Positions 1 through 12,714 of a stretch of DNA of 64,000 bases are shown piece after piece. Source of the DNA: Nageia nagi. Lineage: Eukaryota > Plantae > Pinophyta. Location of the stretch: positions 197,284,001 to 197,348,000 of the forward strand of contig JBITNC010000001.1 of assembly GCA_050084985.1 (NCBI GenBank), in the 5' to 3' direction. The notes beneath the pieces are model-generated. The model saw nothing but the letters and a program-made list of their open reading frames with translations. It ran no database searches and had not been told where the DNA came from. Each line of letters opens with the position of its first letter. The first letter of the stretch is position 1. Made by a program: the position numbers and the translations under genes.

Positions 1-777
1 TTCTATTTAGTTGTATTTTTCAGTGTGTAGAAGGATTCAAAGCACTATCATCACAAATCATTTATTATTCTTCTTTTTAATTGTTTTTTTCATTTTTCAT
101 GGTGCAAAATAATTTTGTAGTAAAATTTTTTTTAATACAATCTTCAATCATTTAGAAGAACCAATGATGTGTTTTGAATAAAATTATTTTGAATCTTGTG
201 AATATCAACCATCCTAGTATCAAGATTAATTTTAAATTAAAACTATTGACAACTTCAACAAATTTTCTATCTGTGACACCATAACTTTGTAGATCGATTC
301 CTATATCATAGGAAACTGAATATTTAAGTGCTCTAAATGGTATTTATTTGATAAAAACTATTGAGTTTCTCTATGTACTTTTTGAAAGTAGAGAATGAGA
401 AATGTTATCCATGAAATTATTATGAAATCTTAGTATTAAAAGCTTCCATGTAGATAGGACTTATGCAACAACTAATAAATCTATGTTCAATGAATATTTA
501 ACATCAAAAATGCAAATAAGAGTTGATTCCAAAGAAATAGTGGAGTCAAATTAGTAAATAATACTCTTTATAGATCTAATATAAATCTAGAGTTGAAAGT
601 TTAAAGATAATGTCATAAATTTTATTAAATAAATTCATTGTGCAATAAGTTAAAAGTATAATTCTTTGTGATTGTAAATTTGCTATCTATATAAAATTTA
701 ATATAGATATTGATTTGTTATTTGATTGGTTAATAATGGATTACACTCCTATGTAATATTATTAATGGATTTATCAA

Positions 778-1001
778 TAGTTTGTTGTGGTGATAACCAC
801 TTTCTTGTCATTTTGTGCATTTTACCTTGATGCATGGTTGGTATGCTATTGTACATTAGTTTGTATTTGCCCTATTTATTTGGGCTCCATTCTCATTCCG
901 TAGTGAATTCAGTTTGAGGATTTCAACTTCTCTCTCATTCTTGTGGTGCTCTTGCATTTCATTTTTCTGGGTGTGATTTGCTCTCCTTGCAAATCTTCAC
1001 A
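778..1001 (+). repeat. 5' LTR of A (first ~64 bp missing)
   Basis: Matches 6236-6455 with about 6 substitutions and one 4-bp indel; ends CTTCACA. Confidence 0.93.
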
Positions 1002-1012
1002 TGGTATTAGAG
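1002..1012 (+). promoter_or_regulatory. Primer binding site, tRNA-iMet type
   Basis: TGGTATTAGAG directly after the LTR (canonical TGGTATCAGAGC). Confidence 0.88.
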
Positions 1013-2132
1013 TTTCTTAGATTTTTGCAAGCAACTAGACTCATTGTGAAGCTCTCTCAGATTTGGTTCTTCTCGTGGGTGTCTTGTGCTCTCCTCCTCA
1101 CGAGTTTGTGGATGTTGGTGTGATTGTTTTTAGGCCCCTTTGCTAGATGTAGCCCTCCTTTTGTGTGTTTTGTGATGAGAGAACATTGCCATTGGTTACC
1201 GCTCCTTATGCATTTTTGTGGTCTCGATCTGCTCCAACAGTCCTCCTGCTCATGATCTATCTTCACGTTGAGCACCTTTGCTTACGATCTGCACTTGTTT
1301 TGAGGCGTTACTAGTGGCATCTTAATCTGCAGTCCATTGCTGGACTCCCTCCTTGTAGCATCTCTTCAACTTGTCACTTCCAGCTTCTAGCTTGACGTCT
1401 CATCCATATCTAGCCCTGTGTGCTCTCTAGCTGCTCAAGATTGGGGTGCTTCTCCACTACGACTGAAGATCCCTCTCAACGTTGCTAGCCACCCAACTCT
1501 CTACAAATTTGCAATTCCATCTGCCAACATGGGAGCTCCTCTTCACCCTCAGAAGGTGCTCTCTCTCTCTCTCTCTCAGGCTTCTCTATCCTCAGGCCCT
1601 GTTGTCTCTTGGCCTCCACATCTGCTGGGTATGTTCCCTTTGCTTGATCCTAGATCGATGCCCTCCAGGATCCTTTCCTCTCCTCTACGTGGCCCATTCT
1701 GGTTTTTAGTGGGTGGCTCTACAAAATCCTTCGCCTTCGCTAAACCATTTGCATGTTTAAATAAAATTTTTGAAATAGCAATAGTTTTTTGAAATTAAAA
1801 AAAAATAAGTATTTATTTAATTTAAAAATTATATAAATACTTTATTCTTTCTATAGTTTTGGGGGGCTATTTAATTAAAATTCGAGGCAATCACATTTAA
1901 TTGTGTAACTTGGGCAAATGGACTCCGTTTTGGGGTGTCATTTTTTGCATTGTAAAGCTGGGATTGAGACCTTTTAAGCCATTTGCATTATAAGCCTTGA
2001 CAGTAAGTTTCTTGGGGGGGAGGGGGGGTCATTTGAAAGTGAATAAAATTTGGGTGGGGTATTCTTGTGTTGGGTGCTGATTTTTTGCACCTCCCTTGTT
2101 GCTTGGTTCTTTGGTTTGTTTGTTGTTTTTAG

Positions 2133-5100
2133 ATGGAGCATTCATCATTTAAAATTGAACATTTGGGCTAATAAAAGCAAATTTTAGTGAGAGTTTGTGG
2201 TTTCATTTTGATAGCATAACCACACCACATGAAGCATGGGATAAATTAGAGTCTTTGTTTGGTAAAGTTGACACAATGAGGGCCATGCAAATTGATGTTC
2301 AACTTACTGCTTTGTCTCTTGATGACTATCCCACCATGGTTGATTATCTCAATAAATTTAAGGAGTTGTACTCACAATTGTTGGGTAGTGGTAAAAAGAA
2401 GAAAGAGGATGAATGCATTTATTTGATTCTATCAAAATTGAAGGGTCCATTTCATGTATTTTCTTCTACATTTCTCTCTACAAAGGATGCTATGGGTGAC
2501 AAATTCACAATGCCTAAGAAGAATTTTGTGAGCATCTTTCAAGGGAAGAGACTAAAATTTCAACTCTTGAGGCATCTTCATCTTCTAAGGCATTGACAAC
2601 ATCTAAAGGTAAAGGCAAGCCCAAGCCTAAGCCTAAGACCACTACACCACAGCTAGCTCCAAAAGCCCCTGACTCTAAATCCACTCTAGAAAAAGAGAAG
2701 CTTACTTGTTCTTATTGTGGGAAGCTTGGACATGTCATTGAAAAATGTTATAAAAAGATGAAAGATGATAAAAAGAAGCAAAAATTTGAATCTTCTCCTA
2801 TATTAGGCAAGGCTTTGAATGCTCTTGGTAAGGGACATTCTATTTCAGAGAGTTGGGTTATGGATTTAGGTGCCTCTCATCACATGACTCCATCCAAGGA
2901 GTCTTTTCCATCTCTTTGTTCTACTTCCACTTCTAGTATTAAGGTTGGTGATTCCTCTCACATTTCTATGAAGGGAAAAGGGGACATTCCTGTTTCAGGT
3001 GGTCACATCCTTGATGTGCTTTTGGTTCTTGATCTTTCTTCCAACCTTCTTTCTGTATATTAGATTTGTAATACTGGTGGTGGGAGGATTGTTTTATTCA
3101 CACCCAATGATTTTGAGATTCGTAGTTTGCAGGATCCACAATCACTTTTTGCACGAGGTGATGTTGATCATTCCTTGAGGCTATATAAGTTTAAGGGCTT
3201 TGATGATGTTGATTTAGGTACTAGGTTGGTTTCCCATGCAGATTCTATGAGTAGACTTTGGCATGAGAGGTTTGGACACCTCAACTATATATATTTGTAG
3301 GAGTTGCATTCTCATGATATGGTCACTGGCTTGCCTAAGGTGTCTTGTTTTGATGGTGTTTTCCCTGGTTGTGCCCTTGGGAAACAACATCAAGATCCTT
3401 TTCCTAAAGGTAAAGCTAATCATGTATCTTCTCTCTTAGAGTTGGTGCATAGTGACTTGATGATCTTTCCACACCCATCCTTCATTGGAGCTTGGTATGC
3501 ACTAACTTTCATTGATGATTTCTCAAGATGTACTTGGGTGTATTTTCTCAAGTACAAAAGTGATGTCTTTGCTCATTTCAAATTCTTCAAGGCCTAGGTC
3601 GAGAATCATTGCTCATTTCAATTTCTTCAAGGCTTAGGTTGAGAATCAGTCTTCCAGTTGCATCAAGAAGCTTCACATAGATAATGGAGGGGAGTACTTT
3701 AGCACAAAGTTTTAAGATTTCCTTGAGAAGCATGATATAATTCATCAGCATTCAGTTCCTCACACTCCGCAGCAGAATGGAGTTGCAGAAAGGAAGAACA
3801 AAACACTGAAGGAGAGGGCTAGTTGTATGATGCATTCTCGAGACTTGCCTCCTATCTTTTGGGCTGAGACAATTAATTGTGCAAACTACATTCAGAATTG
3901 CACTCCTCATTGGGCACTTGATCATATGACTCCTGAAGAGGCTTGGAGTGGAACCAAGCCTGATGTGTCACGCTTTAGAGTGTCTGGTAATCATGCTTGG
4001 GCTTTCATTTTGAAGACCAAGCGTAATGCCTTGGAAAAGAAGAGCAAGCCTCTTATCTTTGTCGGCTATATTGAGGATATGAAGGTGTATCGGCTGATTG
4101 ATCTTGATGCTCATGATCTTTTCTTCCACACTCATGTTCAGTTCGATGAATGCCTTCCTAATTCTCCCTCTTCATCTCCTTCCTCGGTCTTACTTGAATC
4201 CTATGACACATCTTTTGAGATCTTCCATGGGGAGGATATTCCTGAGGTTGTTGCCCCCACACCAGCTATTGATCCTCCACCACCTGCAATTGGTGCTACT
4301 CCTCCTATTAATGTTGCATCTTCTTCCACTACTGGTAGTCGCATGCCCAAATGGGCTTGCTCTACACTTGAGGATGTAACACCCTTCATCAAGGATCTTC
4401 CTCTTTCCTGTTGCTATTCCACTGATTCTAGTCTTGTTAGTTAGGCACAGTCAGGTGATCCACAAACTTTTTCAGAGTCTCATTGTATACCGAAGTGGGA
4501 TGATGCCATGGCGGCTAAGTATTCTTCCTTGCTGAAGAATAATACTTGGGAGCTTGTTTCTCTTCCCCATGGGAGGAAGTTGGTTCGATGTAAATGGTTT
4601 ACTGAACCAAGTATGCAATTGATGGTTCCTTTGACAAGTATAAGGTTTGTCTTGTTGCCAAGGGGTTCTCACAGGTTGAAGGGATTTATTACTCTCAGGC
4701 CTTTGCTCTTGTGGCCAAGATGGATTCAGTTCACCTTGTACTTGCTCTTGCTACTTCTCAAGGATGGTCAATTTTTCAAATGGATGTGAAGAGTGCTTTT
4801 CTGCATGGTGATTGGCATTTGGAGATCTATATGGAGCAGCCGACCAATTTTATTCAGGATTCTTCACTTGTTTGTAGGCTTAATAGATCTCTCTATGACC
4901 TCAAACAAGCTCCTTGGGCATGGTATGAGAAGATGGATTCTTTTCTCCTCTTCATTGATTTTGTACAGTGTTCCTCTGACCTTACAGTCTATATCTGGTG
5001 ACATGGAGTTGATACCACTATTTTGGTGTTGTATGTTGATGATCTTCTTCTCACCAGCACCTCCCTCTCTCACATTCAAACAGTTCAACAGGCTCTCTTT

Positions 5101-5988
5101 GAGAGATTTGAGATGGCAGATCTTTGACTTGCCCACTACTTTCTTGGTTTTCAGGTGGCACAAACAGATTGAGGGATTTCCATTTTTCAACAAAAGTATG
5201 CCTTGGATCTTCTTCAACAGTTTAGGATGGTAGATTGCAATCCTTCTCTAACACCTTTTCAGAGTGGAGTGACTTTGACTTCCTCTTGCACTTCACCGTT
5301 GTGTGATGCTACTTTGTATCGTCAGTTGGTTGGGAGTCTTCTATATCTCACCCATACTCGACCAAATATTTCATATGTTGTTGGGCTTGTTTCTTGATTT
5401 GCACAGACCCCTCATGAGTCTCATTGGAAGGCAACCAAGAAGATTCTTCAATATGTGAGGGGCACTACCCACTTTGGTTTGCATTACACGAGAAGTGATC
5501 CAATGTTGTGTGGATATATAGATTCTGATTGGGCAGGTTCTTCTGATGATCATCGTTCCACTTCTGTCTATGTCTTTTGTCTTTGTACTTCTCTTATCTC
5601 TTGGTCGTGCAAGAAGCATTAGGCTATTGCATTATCATCGAATGAGGTAAGTATAAAGCAGCTATTTATGTGAGTTAGGAGGCACTTTGGCTTCAGTAGT
5701 TATTGGAGGAGTTTGGCTACCCCCAGTATTAGACCATAGTTCTTTGGTGTGATAATCAGAGCGCGATTCACATTTTGCGCAATCCTGTTGAGCATCAGTG
5801 CACCAAACATATTGAGGGCCTCATTCATTTCATCCAATAGCATATTTAGGATCACATTCTCAGCTTGGAGTACATTTCTACAGAGCACCAGACCGTGAAC
5901 ATCTTCACTAAATCCTTTGCATTGCCTTGTTTCCTTGAGTTGCATGGCTTGCTTGCGGTGAAGGAAGTTGTCCTTAGGGGATGTTGAT
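2133..5988 (+). pseudogene. Copia gag-pol polyprotein with stops and frameshifts
   Basis: UBN2-like gag (EAWDKLESLF), knuckle CSYCGKLGHVIEKC, protease WVMDLGASHHM, integrase LELVHSDL/FIDDFSR/PQQNGVAERKN, RT QMDVKSAFLHG and YVDDL, RNase H DSDWAG. Confidence 0.95.
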
Positions 5989-6171
5989 GAGGACATCTTC
6001 CTCTCCATTCCCCCTCTTATATTGTGAGATGGTTTTTTCCCCATGTGGTTTTTTCATCATCTTTCAGTAGATTCTTTGCACATATTGTACATGAGTACCT
6101 GATCATGCCTTGTTGTTGGGACTCATTTTTGTGGATATACGACCTTTATCTTCTTGTTCACTTAAGAGGGG

Positions 6172-6455
6172 TGTTAGAGTGTTAAGTTCACTTAGGAGTA
6201 TTTTTATTTATTTCCTAGGTTTTCTATTCTCTAGCTAGTTTGTTGTGGTGATAACCACTTGTCATTTTGTGCATTTTACCTTCATGCATGGTTGGCATGC
6301 TATTGTACATTAGTTTGTATTTGCCCTATTTATTTGGGCTCCATTCTCATTCTGTAGTGAATTTAGTTTGAGGATTTCAACTTCTCTCTCATTCTTATGG
6401 TGCTCTTGCATTTCTTTTTTCTGGGTGTGATTTGCTCTCCTTGCAAATCTTCACA
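6172..6455 (+). repeat. 3' LTR of A (284 bp), preceded by PPT
   Basis: AAGAGGGG at 6164-6171 then TGTTAG...CTTCACA. Confidence 0.93.
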
Positions 6456-7186
6456 ATTTTAGTTAGCAATATTATACATATTTTTAGGTAATATGATCAT
6501 AATTGAATTCAAGATAATCATAGGTTGAAAGCCCATATTATTATGATATTTGCAAGTAATTTTGTAGAACTTCTTTGTTGGATCTCTCTCTGGATGAATT
6601 CCAAGCTCTTCTACAATAAATTGGAGCTCGACGGAAAAAATAAGTGAAAAATGAAAATGCAAACTAGAATCAAATCAACATTTAGGGTTTTTGTAGGCAT
6701 CAACATCTCTTCGAGAGCAGTAGAATATGTTAGTGAATCACCAAGAACATAGGAATAATTAAGTCTTGTGACTATTAATAATTCTTAGAATGAGCTTTAG
6801 TAGGGATGGAATGTTGAGTTGTCCAAGCTAGCAAAAGAAAATCAAATGACCATAGGACAAAAAAAAGCCCAAGTAAAGAAATGAAAAATATCTTGGCCAT
6901 CCATAGAAAAGTATTCAAAAAACAAGTTTGCCAACTTGGTAACTCCTCTACAAGTTCACCCATATGCCTATCTTGAGTTAGCATTGGGATACAACCCCAA
7001 AAAAAGGCAAAGCTTAGGCTTATCTTCCAAAATTATCAAAATACTATGTGACCAAAAGATAAAGCATGGAAATCAACCAAAAGCTGCAAGTTCAAATAAA
7101 ACCTAATCTCATTCAAGTACACTTGCATACTAGAAGCTACCTTTGATGAAAATGATATCATTAGCCAAAGAAGCTTGGTGTGTTGG

Positions 7187-8367
7187 TGTAAAGATCCAAT
7201 TATAATCTCAAGTGCAATTTAGCAAATTCAATCAAACAAACCTTAACGTCTGGTCTAGGGCATCCAGAAAATGCATAGACAACACTACAATGCCAACGTC
7301 TAGCCCAAACTAGTAGGTAGCAATACATAACAATAGAAAATGCCAACATATGGCTCAAACAATCGCATACATGCAAAGGTAATTGAATGTTGCAAACATG
7401 AGCAAGTACACAATGTGAAATGGAGATCGAATGCCCCAATGGTTGTATAATGATATGAACTGAATAACAATACAATACCAAGCTCCTAGAACTAGATGTT
7501 GGCCTCAAAGGATCCAACTAGGGCACAACAATGTTCTCATGCTGGATGGATGGATGGGATAAGCTTGCTCCCTCAGAACTCGAATCCTCTTCATTGAAGG
7601 AGCCCTCCTTTGATCTTGGAAACCATTGAAGGTAGAACCACAACCTCAGAATACCACCAGATGGGAAAGGGTGCTACATTAGTGTCGTAGACTAACAAGA
7701 TCCCTTAGCTTGTTAATCCTCTTAAATGCTGCACCTAGGGGTTTGCTTAGCATCGCTAAGACTTCTTATCCTATGAATGATATAAAATGTAATAATAATC
7801 AAGCATATCCAACTATGAGGCTCCAATGCCTTTTTATACACTCAACTTGATCTAGATATCACCTAGGAGTCATCACCCTACTCCTTAATTCCAATGATAA
7901 CCTCCTGGGGGCCTAGAATGCCTAACATGGGTGCCTAGGGGTTAGGTATGCCCAATGTGGGTACCCAAGAGCCATAAATGCCAACATGGGGGTTTAGGAG
8001 TGCCATGCATGCCCAACATGGGTGTGGGTATCATGTGTGGGTTCTAGGTGTCATCATGGGCCAACATGGGGGTATAAGAGTCTCCCTAGGGTTGGCGCAT
8101 ATATACAAGTGCTCATCCATCCATCTAAGTGCTAAATAAATCTTGGGATTCTCACAATCATGATCGAAATCTCTAAGTACAATTAAACACCTAATCTATG
8201 CTTGGGAGGGAGACATCCCACTTGGGTCTCACAATGGGGTCCATTGACCCATTAGGTCTTCTATCCCAAGTCCTAACTTAAAGCATAATAACAATAATGA
8301 AATATAATACAAAGGGCAATTCATAGAATTCCATATTTAAATACAATAATACAAGGGAAATTTCACA
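7187..8367 (-). repeat. 3' LTR of B
   Basis: TGTAAAGATCC...TTTCACA, collinear with 11510-12714 (about 9% mismatches in the first 190 bp). Confidence 0.93.
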
Positions 8368-8699
8368 AAGCCTCCCTCTCGAATTGCTTGCCCTCAAGCA
8401 ATGGTGGAAGATTGCAACATATTATCCTCCAAGAATCCTTGAATCATGTAAGTTGCAATCTGCTATGGTGGAATACAACTTCAATATGCTTTCTCCATGA
8501 TGGAAGTTTGGTATGAATTGCTGAATTTGTGTTACCATGCATTAATAATGCATGCAAAAACTTTGATATGCTGCAACTATCACATCTCTTCAATTGTTTG
8601 ATGATTGTCCTCAAAAAGTAGAGGAGTGTAAGGAAGCCTCTAGAAGAATGTACCTGCAAGAACCTCAAGTAAATCATAGGTAATTGAAAATAGATGGTG

Positions 8700-9370
8700 C
8701 TAGGTCTCCTTAAAGCCCAACGTGGAGTTTCAAACTCCCTTAATGGCCAGTGTGAAGCAAGAAACCTCCCCATCCTCCAACGTGGGGTACCAAGTTGCTC
8801 TTTGACCAACTGTTAAGTGCATATACCTTCCCAGGTCTAATGTGGGGAGCCAACACTCCCTTAATCTAGTTGTTGGGTCCCCAAGCATCTCCAGGCCAAA
8901 GATGGGGTGTCCCAAACTCTCCATGCTCACCATCATTCACATACATCCCTCAACCATCCATGTGAGGTGTGGCAGCCCTCCTCAGTCCAACGTGGGGTAA
9001 TAGAGCTCCTTTAGGCTCAATGTCCCATCCCTAACTTCACAATGCTCCATGTGGGGGTAGAAGCTCTCCCATGTCCAATGTCAAGTGGCATACCTCCCTG
9101 AAGCTCAATACCAGATGAAAAGCCTCCCTGAAGCCCAACGTGGTGGATTGAAGCTCCTCAAGGCTGCATGTAAGATCTACAGCCTCTTCAAGGTTCGATG
9201 TGAGGTGTCTAGCCTCTCCAAGATCTAGTGTGGTGAACAAGAGTTCCTTCAAACTCCACATCCCATGTCCAAGCTCCCTGATATACAATGTGGTGTATAA
9301 GAGCTCCTTGTTACTCTTCTCCTCATGCCATGGCCTCTTCATGTCCAACATGGCCCCATTTTTAGCTTCC
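8700..9370 (-). repeat. Degenerate 30-bp tandem array (about 21 units) encoding 10-aa repeats
   Basis: Core CCAA(C/T)GTGGGG recurs every 30 bp; translation KELLFTTLDL GEARHLTSNL EEAVDLTCSL EELQSTTLGF REAFHLVLSF REVCHLTLDM. Confidence 0.85.
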
Positions 9371-9399
9371 TCCTTTTGGCACCACTCAATCACCTCCAT

Positions 9400-11430
9400 A
9401 TGCTTGTTATCTACCTATGGACAGTCATCCTGAATTCCTTATATTGTATGGGTCTTCCCATCAATCTCAAAACTCATAATGAGTTTTTGGTAGTTGGTGT
9501 GGATGTCACCCAACTCGAACAACCACTATAATCCCAAAATAATGTAAGGATGCCCCTTCAAGGGATAAACATAGAAATTCTCCCTTACAACATAGCTTTG
9601 CAACCTCACTCCAAATATCTCCACTATGTGGTCCACAAGTGTGAGTTTGCCATTAGCATTGAAAATTTTGAATCCTTCAAACCCTTTAGTTTTCAAGTTC
9701 TTTTTCAAAAAGCCCTCATCGATGAAGTTTTGAGATGCTCCTAGATCAATCAGGACCATCACAACCTATCCACCAGGTTGTCCCACCACGTTCATTGTGA
9801 GGTACTTCTTCACTCAATGGAGTGAAGCAATCATACTGCCCAAAGTGCCTTCTACTCTCGGTGCCTCTTGATCTAACATATCCATGCCAAGATCCAGGTC
9901 TGAATCATCTAACTCCTTAGAAAATACCTCTGTGTAGTATACCTATCCCTTACCTTGGCATTGATTCCTTGGATCCCATGTCTTCTTGTAGTAGAAGCAC
10001 TTCTCTTCCTCCCTCAGCTTCCTTTGTGTAGCTGCATCTAATTGGTTTGTATGAGGTGGGGGGAAGGGTTTGGCATTGCTAGGCCCCTCCTTGTTTGCAT
10101 AGGTATTCCATGTAGTTGACGGCTTGTGCATCTACCCTCCCTTGAGGGATCTCACCGTCAGCTCAAGATTGCATGCAGTCTGAATAACATCATCAAGATT
10201 CCTAGGTGATGACACCTTGAGCATTCCATGCAATGGCTCCATCAGTCCCTCTATGAAGAGGAATATCAACCGCTCCTTAGGAATGTGATGTATCATAACT
10301 ACGATATTTTGGAATTTCGATACATACTTATTTACTACTCCTTGTTGCCTCAAAGATGCCAAATCTTAGAAGTCATTCTCCTTCTTTTGATCAAATCTCT
10401 TTACTAACTATCTGACAAACTTATCAAAGGAGGTAATGAGTGAGTAATCCTGGCTGATTGCTCCATGTTGCCATCATGTGAGGGTATCACTCTCAAAATG
10501 TAATGATGTAAAGTGAATTATATCTTCCTCCACCATGTTTGGGATCAAGATGAAGTAAGTATGTAGTTGATGTAACCATGCCCTAGCAGTTATCCACTTC
10601 CCATTATACATATAAATCTGCATTTTATTTATCTTCTATTGCATGTCTCTCTTATCTCCCCACAAGTTGCTTAGGGTGTGTGGGCCATGTGTGTTGCTCC
10701 GCTTCAACCCTAGGTTCTCCAAGTATCCATTAAAGTCGACATCTTTCTTCAACCTTGAATCCAACATGGAGTATTCCTTGAAAATCTAATTCAGCTCTAG
10801 TGGGCCAGGAACCCTATTATTTGCCTCTTACCCTAACTTCTTTGTGAACATGGGCTTGGAAGGCTTGGGGATGATGGGGTGTTCCTCAATCTTGCCAACA
10901 TCCTTATCCAGGTACCTTCCTAGGAGAGGGTTAGTATCCTTTAGCACTCGATGTGAATGGGATCGTAGGAATGTGAGTTTTGTATGACCCATAGATCCGT
11001 GATGAGTGGATTCTTGATCTCTTAAACTATGAGATCTCATACTCACCTCCATTTTTACTTTGTCTTCTTCATGTAGCTCTTCTCCTTCATCTGGGATAGG
11101 ACATAGGGGACTAATGTGCCTTTCTGGATCCTCTTGAACTTCCACATGTCTGTTCAACTACCATTGTATGGTGGTAATGGCTCTTGTCATGATATGGATG
11201 GCTAAAATAAGCTCATCAAACTTTCACTCAGGTGTGGATGCTCGACCCGGAGTAGGGCTTATCCTCCTAGCCAACGCATATCTACCTCCTGGTGCATCCT
11301 TCTCTTCTCTAAAATCCTCTTCATTTGACACTTCATTCATCCATGGCTAATGTTCTTCCTCTTGAATGTCCATAGAAGGTGCATCCTTTTCCTATGACTT
11401 TTTGCTCTTCTTGGCAAATGCCATCTCCTT
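9400..11430 (-). pseudogene. Gag and aspartic protease of B
   Basis: LRQQGVVNKYVSKFQ...LFIEGL (retrotransposon gag), CFYYKKTWDPRNQC knuckle remnant, VLIDLGASQNFID and IILG protease motifs. Confidence 0.9.
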
Positions 11431-11509
11431 ACAAATGGTGGGTCTAATGTAATAGCAGTGAACTATCGATATCATTCACATGTTGGCTAGATCCAATCTT
11501 TGATACCAC

Positions 11510-12714
11510 TATAAAGATCCAATTATAATCTCAAGTGCAAATTAGCAAATTCGATCAAACAAACCCTAACATATGGTCTAGGGCATCCAAAAAATGCATA
11601 GACCACTACAATGCCAACGTCTAGCCCAAACTAGAAGATAGCAATATACAATAAGTGAAAATGCCAACGTTAGGCTCATACAATCGCATACATGCAAAGG
11701 TAACTCAAAGTTGCAAACATGAGCAAGTACACAATGTGAAATGGATATTGAATGGGCCAATGGCTGTATAATGCTATGAAATGAATAACAGTACAATACC
11801 AATATCCTAGAGTTGGACATTGGCCTCCAAGGAGCCAACTAGGGCACAACAATGTTCTTAAGCTGGATGGACAGATGGGACATAATTGCTCCTTCAAAAC
11901 CTGAATTGTCTCTTTTGAAGGAGCCCTCCTCTGATCTTGGAAACCATTGAAGGTAGGAGCACAACCTTGGAATACCATCGAATGGGTAAGGGTGCTACAC
12001 CAGTGTTGTAGACTAATAGGATCCCTCATCCTGCTAGTCCTCCTAGATGCTGCACCTAGGCGTTTGCTTTGCATCACTAAGATTTCTTTTCCTCTGGATG
12101 ATATCAAGTGTAAGAATAATCAAGCATATCTATCTATGAGGCTCCAATGCCTTTTTATACACTCAACTAGATTTGGATTTCACCTAGGAGTCATCACCTT
12201 GCTCCTTAATTCCAATGTTAGCCTCATGGGGGCCCAAAATGCCCAACATCGATGCTTATGGGTCAGTTATGCCCAATGTGGTTGCCTAGGGGTCAATTAT
12301 GCCCGATATGGATGTTCAGGTACCATAAATGCCAATGTGGGGGTCTAGGAATATCACACATGCCCAATGTGGATCTAGGAATCATTCATGGGGGCTAGGT
12401 GTCATCATGGGCTAATGTGGGGGTCTAGGAGTCTCCCTAAGGCTGGTGCATGTATACAAGTGCTTATCCATCCAAGTGCTAAATATACCTTGGGATTCCC
12501 ATAGTCATGATTGGGATCTCCAAGTACAATTAAACACCTATTCTGTTCTTAGGAGGGAGATGTTCCACTTGGGTCTCACATTGGGTTCCATTGACCCATT
12601 AAGTTTTCTAACCCAAGTACCAACCTAAACCATAATAACAATAATGAAATATAATACAAAGGGGAATTCATAGAATTCCATAATTAAATACAATAATACA
12701 AGGGGAGCATCACA
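11510..12714 (-). repeat. 5' LTR of B
   Basis: TATAAAGATCC...CATCACA, adjacent to PBS CTTTGATACCA. Confidence 0.93.

Larger units (their letters stand above)
778..6455 (+). mobile_element. Element A: Ty1/copia LTR retrotransposon, decayed, 5' LTR truncated
   Basis: Direct repeats 778-1001 and 6236-6455, PBS at 1002, PPT before 6172, domain order gag-PR-INT-RT-RH. Confidence 0.95.
7187..12714 (-). mobile_element. Element B: non-autonomous Ty3/gypsy-derived gag-protease-only LTR element (TR-GAG-like)
   Basis: LTRs 7187-8367 and 11510-12714, TSD GTTGG/ATTGG, iMet PBS 11498-11508, PPT 8368-8380; 3.1 kb interior with gag and protease but no RT/RH/INT motifs. Confidence 0.9.

Noticed and set aside
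1057-1792. ORFs in the copia leader as an extra gene
   Set aside because: Pyrimidine-rich low-complexity sequence with a CT microsatellite, non-ATG starts and no motifs
11578-12628. ORFs inside the LTRs of B (also 7200-7517)
   Set aside because: Not kept open in the same way in both LTR copies; no recognisable domain
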